DNA of 62,636 bases, counting the filler, from Rhabdomonas costata (Eukaryota): the NCBI GenBank assembly GCA_019059605.1. It is 18 parts of 18 records of this genome, joined end to end, with 100 filler letters (N's around TTAATTAATTAA, not from the genome) between each part and the next. Parts side by side here need not be neighbours in the genome. Positions count along the whole stretch, not along the records: positions 10,457 to 13,844 come from JAHMHO010000913.1; positions 13,945 to 17,333 come from JAHMHO010000914.1; positions 17,434 to 20,820 come from JAHMHO010000915.1; positions 20,921 to 24,304 come from JAHMHO010000916.1; 14 more parts are not named here. One strand, 5' to 3'. Positions 11,470 to 20,957 of the stretch are shown in pieces. The notes below the pieces were generated by a model. The model did no database searches. It was not told where the DNA came from and saw only the letters and a program-made list of their open reading frames with translations. Position numbers and translations under genes: made by a program. Numbering within the stretch: position 1 is the stretch's first letter; each line of letters begins with the position of its first letter.

Positions 11470-13624
11470 TCACCTCCGTCGTCTCCAAACCCGGTACTCG
11501 CCCGTTTGGGCCAAAGGCTGGTGCCCCACCTGCATCGCTCGTACCACGGCGCCTTCGCTGCCGGGTTTCATGTCCTCGTGAAGCTCCGCCACAACAACGT
11601 CAACCTTGTCGAGCCATTTCCGCAGGCTCTGTCCGCTGAACACCTGCAGAGCAATGCCCAACCAATGCAAAGGGGTAGACAGGCACGAGCTGGTGACGGC
11701 TGATACGGTGATATTGCTCAGACGGGTTCGCTCATGCAAAAAGAAGAACAAAACAAGATTGGACAAAGCGACAGGCCATGCATTCAAAAGAGGGGGCAAC
11801 AAGCATCTCTCAGCTGTGGGAACGGACTTCACGGACCACCAGCTACAGAGCGCTCAAATCAGAACAACAAATCACAGCGTCTTTATGTGTAAACTTACCT
11901 AAATAGCCAACCGGAACGATGGGGATGAGCGAGGATGGGGGAGGGGGAATTATTCAAGAGATTCTCGGCTTTTTATAAAGGATAATGGCCAGAGATTGTA
12001 ATCTCTGATCTCAGCTCTTTCTTATACGGACAGAAGGATGAGAGAGCCGAATGCGTGTTGAGCTATGGTCGCATCTACTGACATTCATATTTGGTATTCG
12101 ATAAAATGACAGGTGGTTACATGCACTGGCAGCAACAATGTCCAGAGGTTTGTTCAGCTGATCGGGCAAGAATGCGGAAAACAAACGGGGATATGAGCGG
12201 GAGAGGGAGGGAAAAGTACGACGATGACAATGATTTCGCGAAGTAGTCGGCCGTAGTCAGATGAGGAGTTCTTGTGTGAATAGGCGTTTTCCAAACAGGC
12301 AATCTTCCAAAAAAAAAATACCTCCAGCTCTGCGCCCTCGATGTCGATCTTGGCAAGGTCGAGCCCATCGACCCCATGGGTCTCCAGCAGAGCGTCCACC
12401 GTCATGGCGGGGATGCGAATCACCTCTTGGGAAGCCCTTCTGCGGCCGGTAGAGGGCTGCTGAGCAGAAGGCGGAGTCGAGCCCACCTGAAACTGCCACT
12501 GCTGGTACCCCGGGCGGGAGCCTGGGAAGATCGTCACAGTGTCTACCACCCCCCACAGAGCAGCGTGGACCGGCGTAATAGTAGGAAATGCCGCGGAGTT
12601 CCTGGAGTAGCAACCCACCCCATCCACCTTCCCCAACCAGTTCGGTGAGCCAGAGCGAGGCAATACGGACCATGGCCAATTTGGTGGGCGGTGTGAAGAT
12701 CCGCACATCGGGGAGAAGCTCCCCTTGATGGCACTTCTTTGTTTTCTTTTTGGGGTTGAACTTTTAGGAACTAACCGATCCTTTCAGAATGGCTGAGGTT
12801 GAAAAACGAAAGGCTGCGGAGAGACAGAAATCTGCTCTTGTGATTTCAGTAAGGTCCTGTCTCGCCCGTGAAAAGTGGATTGCCTTATGATATGTGTCTA
12901 TCCCCAAAACAAGGGACGGAACTCTTTGCCAACCCCGCCACTGTGTCTCCAAAATGACAGCACGAAGGGACAAACAACTCTACCGTTACTGCCCCGACGA
13001 GTGGCGGCAGCGGGGGGGGGGGGGGTGTAGACTATCTCACAGTTTCCATGGACTGTCATGAACGGCTTGCTTTCTTCTTTGACAGCTGCATCTGTTTATA
13101 TGCCACTTATTGCCACCTTTCAAAAGTGAATTTTTGACATCCAAACACGAAACATGTGAAACAACTACGCACCGAAGCATTGCGCGAACCATACTGTCCT
13201 ACATTATGTCCCATTTCAGTAAATTTTGTAAAATTTTTATTCTATTTTTGTTTCGCTATGAAGTCCGAAAAGGAAAAATTTCTCAGTTCTCAGGTTAGCA
13301 TCCCCCCAAGCGCCAGAATAAAGGGGGACAGGAAGAAGAGGAAGGACGGCACACCTCTGCAACATCTCAAAGTTCCCCGGGTGGGCCTCCACGCTGAACA
13401 CCCTGGCGTTGGGGAAGTACAGCGCGAACAAAACCGCAGCCAGGCCGATGTTGGCGCCAGCATCCAGGATGTGGTGCACAGTCTCGGGCCTGGGAAAGGC
13501 CTCTAGCACAGCCCTGTACTCGTCCGCAAGGAACAGCTGCTGCAAGACAATCCGGTCGGAGGTCCGGGGTCGTACCCAGACCTCCACGGAGCAGCACGTG
13601 GCGGTCCACACCCCGGCAATCAAC
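11470..13624 (-). CDS. FkbM-family SAM-dependent methyltransferase, spliced, 5' partial
   Basis: Exons 13624-13355, 12601-12322 and 11643-11470, joined GT-AG in frame. Motifs: VRPRTSD, ILDAGANIG, VFSVEAHPGNFEMLQRN, VHAALW, DLAKIDIEGAELEVF, VVAELHE. Confidence 0.9.
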
Positions 13625-13649
13625 CTAACAGCCATAGAAAAACGGAGAA

Positions 13650-13840
13650 GTGGTTGTACTGAAGCCACACCGTATCATAAAAATACCCTACTGGAGTACG
13701 CTTCTCTCAAGCCCCACAGTCTCAGCGATATTCCTTTTTCCTCGAATGCGGGAGGCCGTGATTGCTGACACTGTGGGGCTTGAGAGAAGCGTACTCCAGT
13801 AGGGTATTTTTATGATACGGTGTGGCTTCAGTACAACCAC
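13650..13840. repeat. Perfect 71-bp inverted repeat at contig end (probable amplification fold-back)
   Basis: 13650-13720 is the reverse complement of 13770-13840, and imperfect pairing continues into the loop. Confidence 0.9.
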
Positions 13841-14236
13841 CACCNNNNNNNNNNNNNNNNNNNNNNNNNNNNNNNNNNNNNNNNNNNNTTAATTAATTAA
13901 NNNNNNNNNNNNNNNNNNNNNNNNNNNNNNNNNNNNNNNNNNNNCACTTCGTTCACTTAATGCTTTGGTGTCACTTCCAGTTTTTACAATTTAACCCTTA
14001 TATATCCAACTTGAGGCAATGAGCTTAGGTTGTGCCATCCTCACTGGAAGCCCAAGCCAACATTTTAAAACCAATGGACACTTCAAATCAGGACAGCCGC
14101 GAGTTGGAGGCCGTGTACTGAGATGAAACTTGGAAGCGCAAGAAGCTGTCAAAGCGCAATGATGCCAATTAGTTGATCAAAAACTTGGACCCACCCATCT
14201 GTTCCTCCGAAAGTCCGGGAGAAAAAAGAAAAGTCC

Positions 14237-14541
14237 TTGGACCTGTTTGCGAAGAATCTGCCCCCAGATTTTCCACCATCACGCCACACAGATCACTGCA
14301 TCGAATTGCAGAGATTTTTTCGTCCAGGCACAGTGCATGTATTTGTTTGCTCCGATGAATGATGAGAAACTGCAGCTCAATGACATTATGTACCACCAAT
14401 AAATCAAAAATGCCACCTCTCTCATGGAGCACTTCTGTCGTTTTAACTCGCAGGAAACCTTCCAAAAATCCATGATCTTTGTATTGCAAAACACGCGGAA
14501 GTTTCTGGAGCCCTCATCTACGACATCTTAGTATACTCCAA
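14237..14541 (+). mobile_element. Degenerate Ty3/Gypsy reverse transcriptase relic
   Basis: LDLFAKNLPPDFPPSRHTDHCIEL matches the pre-RT LPPxRxxDHxIxL motif. After frameshifts come FNSQETFQKSMIFVL (like NAPATFQRxM) and IYDILVYS (like YLDDILIYS). Stops and frameshifts are present. Confidence 0.65.
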
Positions 14542-15759
14542 GGCCCTGGGGGACAACCTTGTTACCATACAAAATGCGGCCCCATTCCACCAGATGGTGG
14601 CCACGACCTGCAGCGTTCATCAACTTTCACCCCATTTGCGGCGCAATTTTGGCTGTTAAAAAGTTGGTTTATGGCCAAACCCAGTCATTTTGCCTAGCGC
14701 GCGCAACCCCGAACCCACGACATTATACAGCCCGCCACATTAGTTAGGGTGGCTTTCCAAGACCACTCTTGCCCTCTCCTTATATTCTTTTACTTCCATG
14801 GAGCTGCAAGTAGCTTATCCTTTGATCTCTGCCCATTCAAGGCCAGGTTACTTGCTGTTCATGAGTAACCATGGCTGCTTTCGGCCAGGTTTATTGAAGG
14901 AGGGTGTGGGAGAGACTGGGAACCACGAAACGTAGACACGAGCCGGGCTCGATTTCCGGACACGGCCACGCCAAGGAGAGTAGTCCGTCTTGGCTCCTGG
15001 TTCCATTTGGCCTCCGGTGTGAAGCCCATGCGGAGTTGCCAGGGGCCGTGCGGAGCGGCCCCCGAGGATTTCCGGGCGGAGCGGGGTCAGCGGCCAAGCC
15101 AAGGGAGAGCATGTAATCCAACATTTCCCGGGCGAAAAGTGGGCGGGCGCAAAGATAAGAGACGGCGTCGGTAAGGGACGCCGCCCACAGCACACGCACA
15201 CCATCGCACGCTTTTCTTTCACCCCCCTTCCACCCCACAGTTACCAGGCCATCTCTCCCGCATATTCTCTTTTCTTTTTCTGTGTGTTTTGTCCGCCGTC
15301 ACTTGCGCCCGGTCTTTGGTCGGGCGGTTCCCATCCATGTGGCAACCATATTTGTTTGTTTGTGCTTGTTTGTTTGCATCTTCTTTTCAGTTTATGTGCG
15401 CCCTCTCCCATTGCATTCGTGCTGTTTGTTGTTTTGCCGCATCCCTGCGCCCAGCTATGTGCCATTTCTGCGTCGGGCTTTTATGCTTGCATTCCGTTTT
15501 GCCGCCTTTCTTGTCCTTTTTTCGTGCCCGCGTGTGTTTTTAAGTTGCTCTCGCCTTGGCGCCGGCGCCCACTTCCATTCCTGGTTTTGTTTCCAATGAC
15601 TACGGTTTGCTGCTCATAGCACCCGCCGTCTGGACCCGTCTGGGCTTTAACGGAAGGTAATGAAACACCCAAGGCCGGCAAGGTTGCGCAGGTTTTCGTC
15701 ATGCATCTGATGTGCTAGTGTCGACGCGGTGATCTGAAGCCCTGGTAGCACTGGAATCG

Positions 15760-16320
15760 CAGGTTTCGACCAGCGGGTGTGAGTCCGACGCGGGGGGGGG
15801 GCACAGCCAAGTCTCACCTCGGGGTTGCCGATGTCTGTGAGGCTCCAAGCTCCACCCCAGGCTCCACCCCACAAACTCACCCGTGTATATGGGACAACCC
15901 AACAAAACAATTCCCTCTTTCCAGTCCACCCGTGTGTTGCCCGTCAACAGCCCTTCCGGATCAGGGGCGGGGGAGCCCCAGACCAGAAGTCCGATCCGCT
16001 CGCCCTGTCACATTGCACTCAAGAGCACCCTCCACAGCGGAAAAGTCCCCACACAACACCCCAAATACCATCGTATGCCTTTCAATCCGGAGCTCTCCAG
16101 CAGTGGAACGAGGCTGTGATACCCAAGGAGAAGAGAAGGGGGCCACTGGGATCCCACCTGCTGAACACACAAGGTGACTAGACCCAAAAAGTACCGAAGG
16201 AAGGGTGTAACACAAGCAAGTGTAGTGATGAAAAAGCAGTGTTTGCTGATATCTTCGAAGAGTGCTTGATGACTGCAGAGGTTGAAAGCATTGCGACAGT
16301 CTATTTGCACAATTTCCCTC
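15760..16320 (-). mobile_element. Degenerate CRE-like non-LTR retrotransposon reverse transcriptase relic
   Basis: VQIDCRNAFN, VQQ / frameshift / DPSGPLLFSLGI (like GVQQGDPLGPLLF), IRWYL and GIVLLGCPI (like LGVPIG) occur in the expected order across frameshifts. Confidence 0.65.
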
Positions 16321-16432
16321 CTCACCCTTCTTTTTCGCAGCCCACAGCTGTTTTTGTCTCCTGTTTATGGTTGATCTGCATGTATCGGTCTCGCAAGAGC
16401 TTTCCCATTGCTTTTTTTATACACTTTTTTAG

Positions 16433-16665
16433 GACGCCCGAAATCCCAAAGCTTATCGGATGCTCGTCAGCATGGTTGACACCATTTTGTATGTTGTGGC
16501 AGAAGAGCTCACCTGTGATTTGCGCTTGTCAAAGCTATTTTGTTACTTGCTTGTTTTTGTGTTGTGCACAGCATGGATGTTGCCCAGCCCGACCAGGCTC
16601 GAATTATGGCACTGAGCGCAAAGGCTTACCTCAAGACCGACGGAAACTTTGTCATCTCAATCAAG
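16433..16665 (+). CDS. NOP1: Fibrillarin (rRNA 2'-O-methyltransferase), two internal exons
   Basis: Exons 16433-16488 and 16572-16665 join (GT-AG, phase 2) to give [50 protein letters not shown]. Confidence 0.9.
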
Positions 16666-17930
16666 GTTATCTGGCCATTTGAGATTAATGTCGGGCTTAT
16701 CAACTTCATTCGAGTGGTCAAGCAGGAAGGCTTTCCCTTTCGTAGGGATAGGTTGCGGGATGGCAACTTTGCATTTATTTAGCTGTTGTCGTTATTCGTG
16801 TGATTGACACAAACACACAAACACATACGTCCACGCTTCTACGCTCCCAACACACAGCCAGGGTGTTTAGTTAATCTTTTTTTGCAACTTGTTTCATATT
16901 GTTTTTGGTTGGGGGTTTCCCCCAAAAACGTTGCCATTGACAAGCGGAGACCCTTTTGTGTATTCTTCTTTTTTTAAATTCTTTTGTTCGTGCGTTGAAA
17001 TTAAGACGTGCTGTGGCTAACTTTGGAAGTAACAGGATCGGAGCAGGTCTGGCGAAGAAAACTGTAAATAACGTTGAAAATGCCACTGCCTCCCCCCACC
17101 TTAGCTGAGATGTGAAGCTAATTTCAAGTTTTTGAGTGTGAAATTCGCATACCTTTGTGGGTCGAAACGACCGCTGTTCGCGGGCGATGCAGTTTGTTGG
17201 GAGGTATCCAACTCAAGGGCTTTTGTTATGAATTGTTTCCAACAGTTGTATGAAGTTGGCTGGGAGGCTGGTGTCCGTACCGCGTGCTTATGTCCTATCT
17301 TTATGTGCATCTCATTAATTTCCTTCAGAGCAANNNNNNNNNNNNNNNNNNNNNNNNNNNNNNNNNNNNNNNNNNNNTTAATTAATTAANNNNNNNNNNN
17401 NNNNNNNNNNNNNNNNNNNNNNNNNNNNNNNNNGTGTGGTTTTTGTTTTTCTTTTCTTCACGTGCTTGGCAGGGCCTTTTTCTCTCCTAAGACAAGATTG
17501 TGTCACGCCCTCCATCGCCCTCCACCCGCAGTCGGCCCCTGTACACTCCTCAGTCCTCTGCGTCTGACGGGCAGGGAATTCCTCTCTGCTCGTCTGGTTT
17601 TGTTGTCTCCTGGGGACAGCCAGCTGAGAAGGGGGGTGTTTTGCGTTTGCCGAACTGCCCTCTTACCGTGGGGGTTTCCAACTTTTGGGAATCGTTGGTT
17701 CATTAATGGGTAATATTCGTGGCGGTTTGACGCACCAGACCAAGGAATTTTGACTCTTTCGGTTGTCGTGCATTCAAGTACGCGTTTCGCAGGCAACACT
17801 GAGGTTTTTAGGAGTATGCAGATTGTTTTTGGCAAGTTTTTCAGGCTAGTCTGCTTGTATTCCTTGCAGGAGAATGTGGATGAAAATGCTTACAGTGCGA
17901 TATTGCGACAGTGGGATAGCTCTGAGAAAA

Positions 17931-17932
<2 letters not shown>

Positions 17933-17962
<30 letters not shown>
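17933..17962. repeat. (TGCTGT)n microsatellite
   Basis: About five tandem hexamers. Confidence 0.85.
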
Positions 17963-18289
17963 GGTGTTTACAAGGGCCGAAGAGTGTTGCACCACTTGAC
18001 AGCTGCTGCGTCATTTGAACGCGTTGGGCCTACTCTATCCTGCGGTGCCCCGTGGCGTGTGAGGTGGCGATATAGGAAAGGCTGTGCTTCTGGTTGATAA
18101 TGGGAGGCCTTTGTTCCGGGAGCGTCCACCACCATGGGACAGGGGCTTCAGCGGTGGCAACGGGGATTCTCTTTTACCTGTCTGCTTTCGCAGCTCCTTT
18201 CCTGTGTACCTCCCTCCCGCACGGAAACAAAAAGAGAGATTTAAAAAAAAATAGCCAACCGAAGAACAAAGGATCCAAACGGAGCCCGA

Positions 18290-18414
18290 ATGTCGACCAC
18301 GATTATGCTTTCGGCAGACACCCAGCTGGCGGACAAGCTGGAGGAGACCTTCACCTCGGTCTCTCACACCGAGCAGGGGCAGGTCCCTCGAGGTCGTCTA
18401 GCGGAGCTTGTGAG
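18290..18414 (+). CDS. Possible first exon of an unknown protein (weakly EF-hand-like)
   Basis: ATG-initiated MSTTIMLSADTQLADKLEETFTSVSHTEQGQVPRGRLAELVR, ending at AG|gtaaac, with GC-rich third codon positions. Confidence 0.3.
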
Positions 18415-19204
18415 GTAAACGCGCCCCCTTTTTGTCCTCTGCTCTGCTGCTGATCCCCACTTTTCTCTCTTCCAGTTTGCGGACCAGCGGCATTTCCACA
18501 AAGCATTGCAAGTTGAGTCTTTGAGTGATCACTCTAATACAACTTGTCGATGGAGTCAACGACGGTGGATTCCTCCTTCCTGAGGGGGGGGGGTGGACTG
18601 TAAATGAGATTATATGGCACGCTTCACAAAAAAATTAGAGTTTTAGAAACCCAATGATAAAAACATGGGAAGCGTCAATGCAACGAAGTGGGCAGTGTAA
18701 AAAGGGGTCATCTAAGTTCTTTTTTCATTTGAAATGCTCTCATTTGATGGCCAGTTCTCGCATTTGAAGTGAAGCGGACAATATTCATCAGGACCTCCCC
18801 TTGCTCTGATCCGTAGCCCATTGATCCTCAACGTCACTTGTGCCTGAGATGGCCCGAAAATTAGTTGCGTGGAATTGCGTGGAAAGCCCCGAGTGGCTAG
18901 TGTCCGTTCGTGCCTTGGAAAACAGGGTTCGGTTTAAGGATTGGTCACTCCTTTCGCAGTTGCAAAGCCATCAACAGGGCAACCATAGCACCACCCCACA
19001 GTGTCCCTCCTCTCTTCCTACGGGTGCATGTTTAACGCCGTTGAACTTTTTTCGACTTTGCGGGTTGTTTGAGACAACCTTAGATTAGGGGCTGGTGGTA
19101 CTGCTGCAGCGGATTGATGAGCCTGCGATGTGATATGGGGCAGGTGTCTTGCGGATATCGCTGTGGACATTTTTATTTCATGAACTAATTCTGCTACACG
19201 TCAG

Positions 19205-19980
19205 ATGTTACTTTAGAAAAGTGCTTAGAATTCACCTCCCTACAAATCGCTGCTAAGTAGGAACGTGTTCGCATTTTGGCACTGCCTCGACGAAGTGCAC
19301 GGTTGTGAAATAAAGCGATATTTGACTTTAAACTTTAAACCTATGACCTACATTTTCCATTCCTTAACGACCTTTTCCCCCACCCAAAAGACAAGAACGA
19401 TAGCCCATTGTGTGCACCATCCGAGGTCATCTGAAACCTGTAATTTGAAACCTGGAATTCCGGGTTTCCACGTCCAAAACTAGGCCGAAACCACCCCCAT
19501 ACATCCAAAACCAGGCCAAAAACATTCAAACCATGCACGCATCGCACTCATAAGCAGATCAAAAACAACTCGGGAACAACTCCGATACCTCCAAAACCAG
19601 CTCAAATCTACTCCCCTGCAACACAAAACCAGTCCACAGCTTTCAGGAGGGGGGGCATTGCATTCAGAGTCCAGGAAGGGGGGGAAGCAGAAACCTGGAA
19701 TTCCAGGTTTCAGATTCCAGGTTTCGGATTTGACCAAATGTTACTTTAGATGCTAAGTGCTGAGTACTTTAGATGCTAAGAATTCACCTCCATACAAATC
19801 GCTGCTAAGTAGGAACGTGTTCGCATTTTGGCACTGCCTCGACGAAGTGCACGGTTGTGAAATAAAAATGTCGAGGGCGATATTTGACTTTAAACTTTAA
19901 ACCTATATATTTTCGCTCTTTAATGACCTTTACCCCCACCCAAAAGACAAGAGCGATGGCCCATTGTGTGCACCATCCGA
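19205..19980. repeat. Imperfect direct duplication of about 220-240 bp (19205-19424 and 19738-19980)
   Basis: Both copies run atgttactttag...tacaaatcgctgctaagtaggaacgtgttcgcattttggcactgcctcgacgaagtgcacggttgtgaaataaa...cccattgtgtgcaccatccga, with small indels. Confidence 0.92.
19425..19735. mobile_element. MITE-like element, 311 bp, with roughly 45-bp imperfect terminal inverted repeats
   Basis: The left end is ggtcatctgaaacctgtaatttgaaacctggaattccgggtttc (19425-19468). The reverse complement of the right end (19690-19735) is ggtcaaatccgaaacctggaatctgaaacctggaattccaggtttc. There is no coding capacity. Confidence 0.7.
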
Positions 19981-20957
19981 AGTCATGTGAGTACGCTCAT
20001 CAATTCAGTATGGATATGGGGAAATGGGGGGGAGCTGTGCCACTTTTTTTTGGCCCGAGACATTACTCTATTCGCTGTGCAACGTATCCAGTGGTCATTC
20101 TCCAGATCGGATTGATCTGAAAACCCGATTTTGATCTCAGATCTCAGAGATGGTCCTTCTTGGCCTCCTTTCTTATGCTGAGAAACGACCAATCTTGGGG
20201 TTTTTAAGGGTCTTTTGGGCTTTTCTCCTTTTTCCCAATAAACAAATTACGCATCCAGGGCACTACTGTGAGTCAAAGCTTTGTGGAGGCTGGTAGCATA
20301 TTAAGGGAACTGCCGGGATTCCTTTTGCCGGCACCGGGTGGGCCGGAAAGCTTCTATTTGTTGCTGCTTCCTGAGTCCTTTTTTAGACCTTGCGGGCAGG
20401 GAAGGGCAGCTTTGCCGCATGAAGAGTGTTGACATTTGACAAGAACTGTACGCACTACTCGCCTCTCGACGCGCCAGCAACGATTTTTGTACCTGTTGCA
20501 AAGCACACCACTCATCACGGCTCTCCCAAAACCCAACAAAACAAAACTAATGCATGTTCACTGACACTTATAATTGTTGTGTGTATATCAAATCACGTAC
20601 ACACGGCACTACTATACTAAGCGCATCCCGCCGCCGCCGCCGCAGTCGAGCCGCCGGCTCGTTGTGCAAAGAAGAAGGCAGAAGACCTTAAGGGGGTCAG
20701 AGCGAGATGCAAGTGTCCCTGGGATCCCAATGGAAGAATTGCAGGGAGTTAGGAGGTGATCCCAATAGAAGAGTGGCAAGAGCAGAGGCGGGGTCCGGGG
20801 GGCCTAGCCCAAACCACCCCNNNNNNNNNNNNNNNNNNNNNNNNNNNNNNNNNNNNNNNNNNNNTTAATTAATTAANNNNNNNNNNNNNNNNNNNNNNNN
20901 NNNNNNNNNNNNNNNNNNNNTTGTGTGGGGGCCTCTCCGCGTGTGCTCGAATTTCAG

